64,000 nucleotides of DNA, from contig JBFWJK010000001.1 of NCBI GenBank assembly GCA_050253255.1, positions 2,165 through 66,164 on the forward strand. The letters run 5' to 3'. The notes under the pieces were generated by a model that ran no database searches, was not told the origin of the DNA, and saw only the letters and a list, made by a program, of their open reading frames with translations. Of this stretch, positions 39,800 through 49,827 are shown one piece after another (positions within the stretch are counted from its first letter, which is position 1; each line of letters begins with the position of its first letter). The stretch is from Desulfobacteraceae bacterium (lineage in GTDB: Bacteria > Desulfobacterota > Desulfobacteria > Desulfobacterales > JACKCP01). Both the position numbers and the translations under genes were made by a program.

Positions 39800-41494
39800 A
39801 TGGAACAGCTTCGTCTTTTACTCGCTGTAGTTTTGTCTTTTATTGTTTTTTTCGGATGGAATTATTTTTATTCGAAAAATCAGGTTCCGTCAGAAAATGG
39901 GGCTTATGTTGAAAATATTGTCAAAGGTGACACCAATAATGGAAAAAAATTAAATGAGACCAAGCCAAATACTGGTGTTGTAAGCAGCTTAAGTTCTGAA
40001 GAAGAAAAAAATATTATTAGAAGTCTTCCTGTTGATGAAAAAAAATATATAATAGAAACAGATAATTATATTGCTGAAATTTCCAGTGTCGGTGCAAAGC
40101 TTACAAGCTTCAGGCTTAAAAATTACAAAGAAAGAAACAAAGATAATTCACCTCTGAAAGAAATGATTGATGAAGATTTTTTGTCGGGAAGTTTTTTTTC
40201 TGAATTAAAAACTGGATCCGGCATAGATCTTGTTAATGCAAATTTTTATTCAAAACAGAATTCAGGTAATACTATTGTTTCTGAAGATAAATATGATCTT
40301 GTTTTTGAATATCAGACAGAGTCAGGATTCAAGATAAGGAAAAAATATGTTTTCTATAAAGACTCTTACCTTTTTGACTGCGATATTGCATTAATAAACA
40401 ATACCGGAAATCCTTTTTCAAATCAGCTCAGCGTTTCAATAAACTCTGAAAAACCTGAAGCTATGCAGATAGGTTTTGTAGGACCCACAGTGTACAGAAA
40501 CAACCAGCTTGATCAGATTAAAATTAAAAATCTTGATGAAGAAGGGAATTTCAATTCAAAGATAGAATGGGGGGCTTTGGAGTCTGTTTACTTTATAACA
40601 GCTGTTGTTCCATCATTTGATGAAAGCATTGTCTGTGATTTTTCTGTTTTAAAAGACAGATATTCCGGTTCAAAAAAAGAATATATAAAAGCCGATTTTA
40701 TTTCAAATCCGTTTAATCTTCAAAACGGTGAAAAAAAGATATTTAATTATCATTTCTATGTTGGCCCCAAAAGTATGGATACTTTAAAAGCAGCAGGTTT
40801 TAATCTTGAAAAATCAGTTGACTTTGGGTTTTTTGATTCCATTTCAAAGCCGTGTTTATGGGTTCTGAATTATATCTATAAAGTTCTTCCAAATTATGGT
40901 GTTTCAATTATTATTCTCACCCTTCTGGTTAAAATTATTTTCTGGCCGCTTGGAACTAAAAGTGCAAAATCCATGGAGCAAATGAAAAAAATACAGCCTC
41001 TTATGAAGGAGATAAGAGAAAAGTATAAAAATGATAAACAAAAGATGAACCAGGAAGTGATGAATTTATACAAAGTTTATAAAGTAAATCCCCTGAGCGG
41101 ATGTTTACCTATTCTCGTTCAGATACCTATATTTTTCGGGCTTTACAGAATGCTTTTCAGTGCCATTGAGTTGAGACACGCCCCTTTTATGCTCTGGATT
41201 CAGGATCTGTCGGCACCTGACAGACTTTTTGATCTGAATTTTGCCATACCGTTTATGAAGGAACCTTATGGTCTTCCTCTTCTTACAATAATAATGGGTG
41301 CGTCAATGTTCTTACAGCAGAAAATGACTCCTTCTGGAGGAGATCCCACACAGGCTAAAATAATGCTTTTTATGCCTGTTTTTATAACAGTGATTTTTGT
41401 CAATCTTCCTGCAGGACTTGTTCTTTACATGCTTGTTAACAATATTTTCTCAATGGGGCAGCAGTATTATGTATCCCGTTCCCTTTCTAAATGA
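39800..41494 (+). CDS. yidC: Membrane protein insertase YidC
   Basis: 564 aa. N-terminal TM, large periplasmic domain, and conserved C-terminal core (GVSIIILTLLVKIIFWPL, NPLSGCLPILVQIPIFFGLY). Confidence 0.95.
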   Translation: MEQLRLLLAVVLSFIVFFGWNYFYSKNQVPSENGAYVENIVKGDTNNGKKLNETKPNTGVVSSLSSEEEKNIIRSLPVDEKKYIIETDNYIAEISSVGAKLTSFRLKNYKERNKDNSPLKEMIDEDFLSGSFFSELKTGSGIDLVNANFYSKQNSGNTIVSEDKYDLVFEYQTESGFKIRKKYVFYKDSYLFDCDIALINNTGNPFSNQLSVSINSEKPEAMQIGFVGPTVYRNNQLDQIKIKNLDEEGNFNSKIEWGALESVYFITAVVPSFDESIVCDFSVLKDRYSGSKKEYIKADFISNPFNLQNGEKKIFNYHFYVGPKSMDTLKAAGFNLEKSVDFGFFDSISKPCLWVLNYIYKVLPNYGVSIIILTLLVKIIFWPLGTKSAKSMEQMKKIQPLMKEIREKYKNDKQKMNQEVMNLYKVYKVNPLSGCLPILVQIPIFFGLYRMLFSAIELRHAPFMLWIQDLSAPDRLFDLNFAIPFMKEPYGLPLLTIIMGASMFLQQKMTPSGGDPTQAKIMLFMPVFITVIFVNLPAGLVLYMLVNNIFSMGQQYYVSRSLSK

Positions 41495-41505
41495 TGGAGG
41501 TTTTT

Positions 41506-42441
41506 ATGGCTGTTTATAAAGAATATGAAGGCAAAAATGTCGAATCAGCAATTGAAGCTGCTTCAAAAAGTCTGGGTATCCCGGCAGATAAACTGGATTA
41601 TGAAGTAATTGAATACGGAAATAGCGGTTTATTCGGTTTTATTGGAGTAAAAAAGGCTAAAATCAGAGTTAAAGTCTCTTCGGGCGATGATTCGTCAGAC
41701 GGTAATGTTACTTCTCTTGTGGATGAGGCCTTTTCATCAGGAGAGACCAAAGAAAAGAAAAAATCTTATTTTTCTAAACCTGATAAAAAGAAAAAGCCGG
41801 AAGTTAAAAAAGAACAGATAGAAAAAAAACAGGCTCCTGAACCTGAAGAACCAAAGGAAAAAATTGTAAAAAAATATGATGAGGAGCCTGAAGAGGAATT
41901 CTTTGATTCTTATGAAGATGAAGATGAGAATGAATCTTTAGCTGTAGAAGTATCCGAAGAAGCTGTAGAAAAAGGTAGAGAAGCTTTGGAAAAAATACTT
42001 CCTCTTCTCACAGAGAGCTTTGAAATTTCTCCTGAAATACGTCAGAATGAAGTTTTATATAATTTAAAAGCAGAAAATCCCGGAGTGGTAATAGGAAAAA
42101 AAGGACAGAATCTTGAAGCAATGCAGTTTCTGATAGATAAGATTGTCAATAAGCTGTCTGAGGGCCGGGTAAGGGTTCTGATTGATATAGAAGATTACCT
42201 TGAAAGAAGAAAACAGAATCTTCATTCTATCGCTTTAAGATATGCAGACAAAGTAAAAAAATCAGGAAAACCTGCAACAATAGGTCAGTTGTCAGCATAT
42301 GAAAGAAGATTCATTCATATAGCACTTCGTGATGACAGGCGTGTACGAACCCAGAGTATGGGTGAGGGTTACTATAGAAAACTTGTTGTTTTCCCTTCAA
42401 GAAGGCCTAAGGGTAAACGCCGCATTCCAAAAAACAGATAG
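41506..42441 (+). CDS. jag: Jag/KhpB-type RNA-binding protein (Jag_N, KH, R3H)
   Basis: N-terminal YEGKNVESAIEAASKSLGI, an E/K-rich linker, then a KH-like region (VVIGKKGQNLEAMQFL) and R3H region (ERRFIHIAL). ATG at 41506 has a GGAGG RBS. Confidence 0.85.
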   Translation: MAVYKEYEGKNVESAIEAASKSLGIPADKLDYEVIEYGNSGLFGFIGVKKAKIRVKVSSGDDSSDGNVTSLVDEAFSSGETKEKKKSYFSKPDKKKKPEVKKEQIEKKQAPEPEEPKEKIVKKYDEEPEEEFFDSYEDEDENESLAVEVSEEAVEKGREALEKILPLLTESFEISPEIRQNEVLYNLKAENPGVVIGKKGQNLEAMQFLIDKIVNKLSEGRVRVLIDIEDYLERRKQNLHSIALRYADKVKKSGKPATIGQLSAYERRFIHIALRDDRRVRTQSMGEGYYRKLVVFPSRRPKGKRRIPKNR

Positions 42442-42448
42442 AAAACTG

Positions 42449-42481
42449 AACCGGAATTTTTTGCTCAGGAAAATTCCGGTT
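42449..42481 (+). terminator. Hairpin between jag and mnmE
   Basis: AACCGGAATTTT (42449-42460) pairs with AAAATTCCGGTT (42470-42481), a 12-bp perfect stem. The downstream T-run is weak. Confidence 0.45.
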
Positions 42482-42495
42482 TAAAAGTTTATTAA

Positions 42496-43905
42496 ATGAT
42501 AAATTCCTTTTCAAATAATCATACAATTGCCGCTATATCTACTCCTCCCGGAAACGGAGGAATAGGGATAATTAGAATTTCCGGATCAGCATCCTTTGAC
42601 ATTGGATTGTCTCTTTTTAAAAGAAAAAAATCAAAAGGAAGCTTTTTTCCTCTTTCCAGAGATAATATCAATTACAGGTATCTTTACTATGGATTTATTA
42701 CAGAACCAGAAACTGGTCTTGTAGTTGATGAAGTTATGATTGTTTTTATGAAATCTCCTTTTTCATATACTGCGGAAGATGTTGTTGAAATTCAGTCTCA
42801 CTCAGGCAGATTTGTCCTTGATAAGATTTTGTCTCTAGTTTTAAATCTGGGTGCAGAAATTGCTTCTCCCGGAGAATTTACGAAAAGAGCGTTTCTTAAT
42901 GGAAGAATCGATCTTACTGAGGCAGAATCTGTTATGGATATTATAAAATCTTCCAGTGAGGCATCCCATAGAATTGCTTCAAGCCTTGCATCCGGTAATT
43001 TAAAGGAAAAAATTATCAGCACAAGAAATGCTTTGATTGATATGGAATCGCATATTACTGCTTTTGTGGACTTTCCTGATGATATGGATGATAATTTTGA
43101 TCTTTCTTACTTTTCCGAAGCTGTTAATAAAATAAGTGAAGATATAGATTCATTAATTTTAAATTATAATAATTCCCATCAGGTAAGAGACGGGTATAAA
43201 ATCACAATTGCGGGTCCGCCAAATGCAGGTAAATCGAGTTTGCTAAACAGACTTATTTCTAAGGACAGGGCTATTGTTACATCAATTCCCGGCACGACCA
43301 GAGATGTTATTGAAGAGTCCCTTAATCTTGACGGTTTTCCTTTTGTTTTATCAGATACTGCCGGTATAAGAGATACAGACAATGAAATTGAAAAAATAGG
43401 GGTTTTAAAATCCAGGGAACTTTTAGAAAAATCCGATTTGATTATTTTTGTTGTAGACGCTACAAAGTCTTTTAATTCAGAAGAGGATCTATTATTTGCT
43501 GAAATAAGTAACTACCCTTTTATTCTTGTTATAAATAAAATTGATCTTTTAGAGTTTGATGTTTCACGTGAAACATTAAAATTAAAAAAAATTGAACCGG
43601 TGTTTATTTCTGCATCCAAAAACAAAGGAATAGATAATCTTAAAAAAAGGATAATAGATTTTTTTAAAACAAATTTTAAGTCTTCGGAATCTTACCTGGT
43701 TCCAAATCAAAGACAGTATAATATTTTAAAAAAAATAAAGATAAACCTGGATTCTGTAAAATCATCTCTTAATAATGACTGTGATATTGAATTGATTTCC
43801 TATGACATAAAATCAAATATTGATCTTTGTTCAGAAATTCTTGGAGAAACAGTATCTCCTGATGTACTTGATAAGGTTTTTGGCGATTTTTGTATTGGTA
43901 AGTAG
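42496..43905 (+). CDS. mnmE: tRNA modification GTPase MnmE
   Basis: 469 aa. TIAAISTPPGNGGIGIIRISG, the G-domain GPPNAGKSSLLN...DTAGIR...NKIDL, and the C-terminal CIGK tail. Confidence 0.95.
   Translation: MINSFSNNHTIAAISTPPGNGGIGIIRISGSASFDIGLSLFKRKKSKGSFFPLSRDNINYRYLYYGFITEPETGLVVDEVMIVFMKSPFSYTAEDVVEIQSHSGRFVLDKILSLVLNLGAEIASPGEFTKRAFLNGRIDLTEAESVMDIIKSSSEASHRIASSLASGNLKEKIISTRNALIDMESHITAFVDFPDDMDDNFDLSYFSEAVNKISEDIDSLILNYNNSHQVRDGYKITIAGPPNAGKSSLLNRLISKDRAIVTSIPGTTRDVIEESLNLDGFPFVLSDTAGIRDTDNEIEKIGVLKSRELLEKSDLIIFVVDATKSFNSEEDLLFAEISNYPFILVINKIDLLEFDVSRETLKLKKIEPVFISASKNKGIDNLKKRIIDFFKTNFKSSESYLVPNQRQYNILKKIKINLDSVKSSLNNDCDIELISYDIKSNIDLCSEILGETVSPDVLDKVFGDFCIGK
43560..43575. repeat. 16-bp perfect palindrome TGTTTCACGTGAAACA (copy inside mnmE)
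   Basis: Exact string read at 43560-43575. It is identical to the intergenic copy at 44501-44516. Confidence 0.6.
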
Positions 43906-43923
43906 TTTTTTAATTCAACAAAG

Positions 43924-44415
43924 TTATGTGTTTTGAAAAAGGAAGGACAGCTGGTTTCTTTTTTCATTACCCATATCAATGAATTTTACACCGAATCCGG
44001 GAATGATAATTTTTTTTTCGGGCATACCAGTATTTGACCAAACAACTTTTGCATCAAGTGAAATATTGTTTTTGTTTTTTATGAAAAAATTTATCTGTAC
44101 TTTTTCATTAACTTCAATTCTTTTTCTGCATATAATAAACGCACCCATAAAGCTTATGTCTTTTGTCCGACCTTTGAATATTTCCTCTGATCCATTGTTT
44201 CTTTTTATTTCAACAGTCAGATTTTTCATTTTTCTGTCGTAAAGTCTTTTGTTAATCGATTGTCCTGAGTTGTTTTCGATTTCTTCGTCCTTTTCATTTT
44301 CGGGGCTTTGGAGGGATAAAAATTTTTTTATCCCTTCAATCAGATTGGAGATAAGCCAGATAAATATTACGAGAAAAAAAATATAGGTAAATATTTCTAA
44401 AATTAGAGAATTCAT
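43924..44415 (-). CDS. Membrane-anchored PilZ-domain protein
   Basis: N-terminal TM helix (LILEIFTYIFFLVIFIWLI), then RLYDRK...DISFMGAFI (PilZ RxxxR / DxSxxG). ATG at 44415 has an AGGAGA RBS and is preferred over the TTG at 44463. Confidence 0.7.
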   Translation of the reverse strand: MNSLILEIFTYIFFLVIFIWLISNLIEGIKKFLSLQSPENEKDEEIENNSGQSINKRLYDRKMKNLTVEIKRNNGSEEIFKGRTKDISFMGAFIICRKRIEVNEKVQINFFIKNKNNISLDAKVVWSNTGMPEKKIIIPGFGVKFIDMGNEKRNQLSFLFQNT

Positions 44416-44500
44416 ATTTCTCCTCTTAAAAATATATTTTTGGATATATGAAGAGCCTATCAAAAATCAGGTTTCATTACTATAAATAAATAATAAATTT

Positions 44501-44516
44501 TGTTTCACGTGAAACA
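44501..44516. promoter_or_regulatory. Candidate operator: 16-bp perfect palindrome TGTTTCACGTGAAACA
   Basis: Located in the divergent intergenic region, 86 nt upstream of the PilZ gene ATG (44415) and 213 nt upstream of the YkgJ-like gene (44729). Confidence 0.4.
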
Positions 44517-44728
44517 ATAGAAACTTGAATAAAGACAGTCTGTCTGATAAAAACTCAAGTGGAGGTTTTAGCGGAAAAAGGAATGTTGACTAAAATAGAA
44601 TAACTGTAACAAGCAGTGTTTAGAAAACAGAGAATCTTTAAATACAAGAACTAAGCTGTTGCAATAAATATAAAAATTTATTTAAATGGCAGTTGTGTTT
44701 TTATTTATAAAATTTTAAGGAGTTTAAT

Positions 44729-45397
44729 TTGGATTTTACAAAATATTTTACAGCCTATGAAGAGCTGGCCGGTTCAGTCAATAAGGCATTCAAACAGATA
44801 GCAAATGATTTCCCAAAGGAAGTGAACTGCAGACCAGGGTGTTCTGACTGCTGTCATGCCTTGTTTGATCTGACTCTGATAGAAGCAATATATATCAGCA
44901 AAAAGTTCAGGGAAACATATACTGATGATATTAAAAGGCATCAAATTATTGACAGAGCGGCCGCAGCTGACAGGGAAATTTACAGGCTGAAGAAAAAAGC
45001 TTTTGATGACCAGAAAAACGGAGCATCAGATATTGAAATAATAGGCAAGATGGCTATGGAAAGGGTAAGATGCCCATTACTGAATAAAAATAATGAGTGC
45101 GATCTTTATGAATACAGACCGCTTAACTGCAGAGTCTATGGTGTTCCTACAGAAACAAGCGGAGCAAGCCATATATGCGGAAGAACAGGTTTTGTTCAGG
45201 GTGAGAAATACCCGACAATAAAGATGGACAGGCTTTATGAATACCTCTATAAGATCTCCAGTGAAATGGTGAAAAATATGAATACAAAGTTCACCCGCAT
45301 GGGAGATATGCTGATGCCTGTTTCTATGGCTATTATGACAGATTTTGATGACAGATATCTTGGAATAGAAGAACCGGAAAAAAAAGCGGAAGAATAA
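44729..45397 (+). CDS. YkgJ-family cysteine-cluster protein (second paralogue)
   Basis: 222 aa. CRPGCSDCC plus CPLL...ECDLYEYRPLNCRVYG. TTG start, 6 nt after an AAGGAG RBS. Confidence 0.7.
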   Translation: MDFTKYFTAYEELAGSVNKAFKQIANDFPKEVNCRPGCSDCCHALFDLTLIEAIYISKKFRETYTDDIKRHQIIDRAAAADREIYRLKKKAFDDQKNGASDIEIIGKMAMERVRCPLLNKNNECDLYEYRPLNCRVYGVPTETSGASHICGRTGFVQGEKYPTIKMDRLYEYLYKISSEMVKNMNTKFTRMGDMLMPVSMAIMTDFDDRYLGIEEPEKKAEE

Positions 45398-45408
45398 AAG
45401 ATTTTATA

Positions 45409-45443
45409 AAGAACTGACAGATATTTGTAATCTGTCAGTTCTT
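45409..45443. terminator. 13-bp-stem hairpin between convergent genes
   Basis: AAGAACTGACAGA (45409-45421) pairs with TCTGTCAGTTCTT (45431-45443). Confidence 0.55.
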
Positions 45444-45489
45444 ATGAATAACAATATAATTCTATTATAAGTCTGATCAGAAAAAAATA

Positions 45490-46098
45490 TTAGTCCTTAA
45501 ACACAAATTTTCCCCCAATATGACCTGCAATACCAGCAGCTCCAAGCATTATCAGATGAAGAACAAGATAAAATCCACCGCCAGCATCAGGAGAAAAACT
45601 CTTCCATAAAGTGAGAATACAGCTTAAGCCAGCAACAAAGGCAGCAGAAGCTATTTTAGCCTTGAAAATTCCAGTAAAGGCCTTTCTGTATCTGTTTATC
45701 CACTCAACATAACCTGTGTAAAGAACAACCGGCATAAAAATGAAAACAAGACTGATGTTGTAATATGCAGCTGTGACAAGCGATTCATTTCCAAAAAGAG
45801 AACCTGCAAAAAGAAGAAAAACAGCTACAGGTATTACACCATTTGGAATATGAACAGAAATTGGGTGGAGATGGTGATCCAGTATGGCCTGATCTATTAT
45901 TGCTCTAAAACCGGAAGCTCTGTTTTCTTCAGAACTTTCCTGATTAACGCTTTGTTCTGGTTCAGAAGATACTTTTTCTTCATTATCATTTTTGATCAAA
46001 GTAAAAGCAGATTTGTCAGCACCGCATACAGGACAGGTTTCCGGAGGCTCTTCTCCGGTGTGGACATAACCGCAGACCGAACATTCCCATTGTTTCAT
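45490..46098 (-). CDS. Rubredoxin-like zinc-ribbon fused to a polytopic membrane domain
   Basis: 202 aa. WECSVCGYVHTGEEPPETCPVCG (rubredoxin-type CxxC...CxxC), then 3-4 predicted TM helices (possibly DUF2231-like). Confidence 0.7.
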   Translation of the reverse strand: MKQWECSVCGYVHTGEEPPETCPVCGADKSAFTLIKNDNEEKVSSEPEQSVNQESSEENRASGFRAIIDQAILDHHLHPISVHIPNGVIPVAVFLLFAGSLFGNESLVTAAYYNISLVFIFMPVVLYTGYVEWINRYRKAFTGIFKAKIASAAFVAGLSCILTLWKSFSPDAGGGFYLVLHLIMLGAAGIAGHIGGKFVFKD

Positions 46099-46372
46099 TG
46101 AATAAACTCCTTATTAAATTTTTAAATTCCAGCAAATATAAAAATAAATTTGATAAATTTTACTTTATCAGTTTTGTTTCAGCAAAGAAATTTATTGCAA
46201 ATACGGAATCATAAATAAACTGAAATTCAGGACTGAGTTCATAAAAAAGAAGAATAAATTTCTGGTTTTCAGATGATTATTATATTATGTTCCAATAAAA
46301 AATTAATGATTTATGTAAAATTATAATCATTGATTTTTCTTAACAATAACTATTCAAAAATTCAAAGTAAAA

Positions 46373-46792
46373 ATGAAAGAAATAATTTCAGCCTTCAGAA
46401 ACAACGACATATTCAAAGACTTTAACAACAATGAACTGTGGCAGCTCGCAGGTGAAATGGAAAAAGAGGTTTATGTTTCCGGCGAAAAGCTTTTCAGTGC
46501 AGATGAAAAGGCTTCAAATATATATATTCTGATAGACGGCCATTTTCTGGTTCATCTTCCCGATAAAAGAGCATTTACTCTTATGAATCCGGGTGACATT
46601 ATAGGAACAGAACCTTTTCTTGATAAAAGTTTTTATGTGACCACATGCACATGTCTTTCGAAAAAAGGAGTCTGCGGAGTTCTTACAGGAAAGACACTTG
46701 TTAATGTGGAAAAAAGATATGCATCGATAAATTCGAAACTCATACGATTGAAAAACGAATTTTTATCCAAAACCAAATATTTTAAGAGATAA
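46373..46792 (+). CDS. Cyclic-nucleotide-binding-domain protein
   Basis: 139 aa with the cNMP-binding beta-barrel pattern (GEKLFSADEKASNIYILIDGHF...GDIIGTEPFL). No output domain. Confidence 0.65.
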   Translation: MKEIISAFRNNDIFKDFNNNELWQLAGEMEKEVYVSGEKLFSADEKASNIYILIDGHFLVHLPDKRAFTLMNPGDIIGTEPFLDKSFYVTTCTCLSKKGVCGVLTGKTLVNVEKRYASINSKLIRLKNEFLSKTKYFKR

Positions 46793-46793
46793 A

Positions 46794-47186
46794 ATGGAAA
46801 TAAACCCTTTTTTATTTGCAGCTTCAGGATTGTTTATCGTTTTTTCGGGGCTGACATTTTTATCCTTTGCGGTTTCAAAGATTCATAAAATTTTATTTTT
46901 TTTTGAAAATATAAGTTTGAAAAAGATTAAGGAAAAAAAAATAAAGGCACCTGCTCTTACTAAAAACATCACTACGGAAACAAAAAAATTATTTTATCTT
47001 TCAGGGGATAAAAAAGATTCGTTTTATCTTCCTGATCTGATAGAAAAAGCCTTGATGAACGGCCAGGAAAATCCATGGATAATCATAGATTTTCTGATCA
47101 AAAAAAATCTAATATGCGCTGATGAGACAGGAAAGTTTTTCTGGAACGATAAATCATCTTGCTGGAAACAAATTTTTAAAAAGTGA
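46794..47186 (+). CDS. OadG-like small membrane subunit of a Na+-translocating decarboxylase (with C-terminal extension)
   Basis: 130 aa with an N-terminal TM helix like OadG/GcdD (FAASGLFIVFSGLTFLSFAV). It starts 1 nt after the upstream stop and lies directly upstream of the beta subunit. Confidence 0.5.
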   Translation: MEINPFLFAASGLFIVFSGLTFLSFAVSKIHKILFFFENISLKKIKEKKIKAPALTKNITTETKKLFYLSGDKKDSFYLPDLIEKALMNGQENPWIIIDFLIKKNLICADETGKFFWNDKSSCWKQIFKK

Positions 47187-47192
47187 AGAAAA

Positions 47193-48329
47193 TTGGAAAA
47201 TATTTTATTCTCGTTTATAGAAAACACAGGATTGTATTATCTGACATACAAGCATTTTATAATGCTTTTGATAGCGTTTTTTTTTCTTTATCTGGGCATT
47301 TTCAGAAAATATGAACCACTGCTTCTGGTGCCCATATCCTTTGGAATGATAATAGGGAATCTTCCGGCTCCTGCATCAATGTCGCTTGGGGTATATAATG
47401 AAGGAAGCGTTCTTTATTATCTTTATCAGGGAGTATCTCAGGGAGTATATCCTCCTCTGATATTTATCGGCATAGGCGCAATGGCAGATTTTTCCTATAT
47501 ACTTTCAAGGCCGGTACTTATTTTGCTTGGAGCGGCTGCACAGGCTGGAATTTTCATTACTTTTTTAGGGGCATATTTTCTTGGCTTTTCTCCCCAGGAA
47601 TCTGCTGCAATAGGGATAATCGGAGGAGCGGACGGGCCGACAGCAATTTTTCTTACTTCAAAGCTTGCTCCCGAACTTATAGGTCCTATAGCTGTTGCAG
47701 CTTATTCGTATATGGCTCTTGTCCCGGTAATTCAGCCTCCGGTAATGAAGCTTCTCACCAGTAAAAAAGAGAGAATGATTACAATGAGGTCTGATTTCAG
47801 GGAAATTTCAAAAAAGGAAAAAGTTATTTTTCCGGTTGCAGCTCTCGTTCTTTGCTGTCTTATAGCTCCGGGTGCTCTTCCTCTGCTTGGAATGCTCTTT
47901 CTTGGAAACCTGTTAAAAGAAGCGGAAGTGACAAACAGACTTGCTGAAGCAGCAAAAGGTCCGTTAATCGATATAGTAACCATTCTTCTTGGAATAAGCG
48001 TAGGGGCAAGCACTCAGGCAGATGTTTTTCTCACAAAAAAATCTGTTGTAATATTTATATTGGGAGTTATTTCCTTTGCAATTGCAACAATGTGCGGAAT
48101 TTTGTTTGCAAAATTGATGAATATGTTTTTAAAAGAAAAGATAAATCCATTGATCGGTGCTGCAGGGGTCTCAGCAGTACCTGACTCTGCAAGGGTTGCT
48201 CAGATGGTTGCATCAAAGGAAAATCCGGGAAACTATATTTTAATGCATGCAATGGCACCAAATATTTCCGGTGTAATTGGCTCGGCCATAGCAGCCGGAG
48301 TTATGTGGAGTCTGATTGGTAAGTTTTAA
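47193..48329 (+). CDS. Sodium-ion-translocating decarboxylase beta subunit (OadB/GcdB/MmdB family)
   Basis: 378 aa polytopic protein. N-terminus and EPLLLVPISFGMIIGNLP, GIIGGADGPTAIF and AGVSAVPDSARV match the OadB family. TTG start. Confidence 0.9.
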   Translation: MENILFSFIENTGLYYLTYKHFIMLLIAFFFLYLGIFRKYEPLLLVPISFGMIIGNLPAPASMSLGVYNEGSVLYYLYQGVSQGVYPPLIFIGIGAMADFSYILSRPVLILLGAAAQAGIFITFLGAYFLGFSPQESAAIGIIGGADGPTAIFLTSKLAPELIGPIAVAAYSYMALVPVIQPPVMKLLTSKKERMITMRSDFREISKKEKVIFPVAALVLCCLIAPGALPLLGMLFLGNLLKEAEVTNRLAEAAKGPLIDIVTILLGISVGASTQADVFLTKKSVVIFILGVISFAIATMCGILFAKLMNMFLKEKINPLIGAAGVSAVPDSARVAQMVASKENPGNYILMHAMAPNISGVIGSAIAAGVMWSLIGKF

Positions 48330-48367
48330 ATATAAACATAAAAATAAATAAGTCTGGAGGATTTTAA

Positions 48368-49132
48368 ATGATTAAAGAAAGAATTGAAGACAATATTCTT
48401 ATAGCTGTTTTAACAGACGGTAAAACTAACTCAATTGATTTTGAAACTTTAAAGCAGATCGATGCCTGCGTTGAAAAAGTCAATAATGATGACAATATAA
48501 AAGGTCTTGTTCTGACAGGGGAAGGAAAGTTTTTTTCAAGCGGATTTAATCTTCCAATGTTTCTTGGATTCAAGGATGTGGATGAAGCAGTTGATTTTTT
48601 CAATCAGGAAGAAGAAATGCTTGTCAACTATTTCATGTGCAAAAAACCTGTTGTATGTGCAATGAACGGACATTCTGCTGCTGCAGGCATGATCTTTGCC
48701 ATGGCTTCAGATTACAGAATTGTTTCAGATCATCCAAAAATCAAGCTTGGAATGAGTGAAATAAAAATCGGACTTCCTCTTACTCTTGCACAGTCGCAGA
48801 TAATGAGGTTTGGTCTTGATACAGATAAAAAATTCAGAGATATAATGTATTTTGGTGAAATGTACGGACCTGAAAAATCAAAGGAAATGGGTCTTGTTGA
48901 TGAGGTTGTTGCTGCAGATGAGCTTCTCAACAGAGCCAAGGCTATTGTCTCCTTATGGATTGATACTCCAAACCGTCCTTTCATAAGAATGAAAGAAGTT
49001 CTTAAAAAAGAATTTGCGGAAAAAATTCAGAAAAGACTCAAGGAAGAAAACTGGCAGGAGGGAATGACCTGCTTTTTTGAAAAAGATGTAAGAGATATTC
49101 TTTCTTTTGTTCAGGCAGGTCTTGATAGATAA
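48368..49132 (+). CDS. Enoyl-CoA hydratase/isomerase (crotonase) family protein
   Basis: 254 aa. VLTGEGKFFSSGFNL, PVVCAMNGHSAAAGMIFAMASDYRI and GLVDEVV motifs. Confidence 0.85.
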   Translation: MIKERIEDNILIAVLTDGKTNSIDFETLKQIDACVEKVNNDDNIKGLVLTGEGKFFSSGFNLPMFLGFKDVDEAVDFFNQEEEMLVNYFMCKKPVVCAMNGHSAAAGMIFAMASDYRIVSDHPKIKLGMSEIKIGLPLTLAQSQIMRFGLDTDKKFRDIMYFGEMYGPEKSKEMGLVDEVVAADELLNRAKAIVSLWIDTPNRPFIRMKEVLKKEFAEKIQKRLKEENWQEGMTCFFEKDVRDILSFVQAGLDR

Positions 49133-49247
49133 TTTATTATTCTGTGCAGGAAATTTATCAAACCAAGTTGTCAATGGTGATTTTTCCTGCACTTTTTCAA
49201 CTTAATTTCTGCCTTATCAAGGTAAAAAAAACATTGCGGAGCATTAA

Positions 49248-49676
49248 ATGGATTTACAGGATTGCATAGTTTTTCTTCTGGCAAAAAACTCTCAGGCCGG
49301 CTACAAATTCTGGGCTGATTATATTTCCGAATATAATGTGACAACAGTTCAGGCAATGTTTCTTATTCTTCTTAACAGGCAGGACGGAATAACTTCACGT
49401 GAAATGAGCTCTCTGGTCAGGCTGGACAGTGCAACGGTTTCAGGAATAGTGGACAGACTGGCAGCCCTTGAACTTGTTGAAAGAAGACCAAGTCCGACAG
49501 ACAGACGTTCCACTCTTATTTACCTGAAAGAAGACGGCAGAAAAAAAGGAGCTGTCCTTGACAGGCTTTTCGAACAGGCTCATAAAGATTTTTTATCCTC
49601 ACTTACAGATGAAGAAGAAAGTTTTTTAAGAAATATTTTGAAAAGACTTTTGGAGAAGCATTCAGGTCTTGTATAG
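49248..49676 (+). CDS. MarR-family transcriptional regulator
   Basis: 142 aa. Winged-helix pattern ITSREMSSLVRLDSATVSGIVDRLAALELVERRPSPTDRRS. Confidence 0.85.
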   Translation: MDLQDCIVFLLAKNSQAGYKFWADYISEYNVTTVQAMFLILLNRQDGITSREMSSLVRLDSATVSGIVDRLAALELVERRPSPTDRRSTLIYLKEDGRKKGAVLDRLFEQAHKDFLSSLTDEEESFLRNILKRLLEKHSGLV

Positions 49677-49827
49677 AATCAGTACTCAGCAGATTTAATC
49701 AATCAGGTTTTTAAAAAAAAACAAAAAAATCAATTTCTAATATTGATTTTATATTAATTTATCTTGTATACAAGTTAATTGTATGGAAGATAATTTTTTA
49801 AACCAATATATAAAAGGGGAGATAAAA

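Noticed and set aside
49394-49403. TTCACGTGAA inside the MarR gene as a third copy of the CACGTG palindrome
   Set aside because: Only 10 bp are shared with the 16-bp palindrome. That is within chance expectation, and the site is intragenic.
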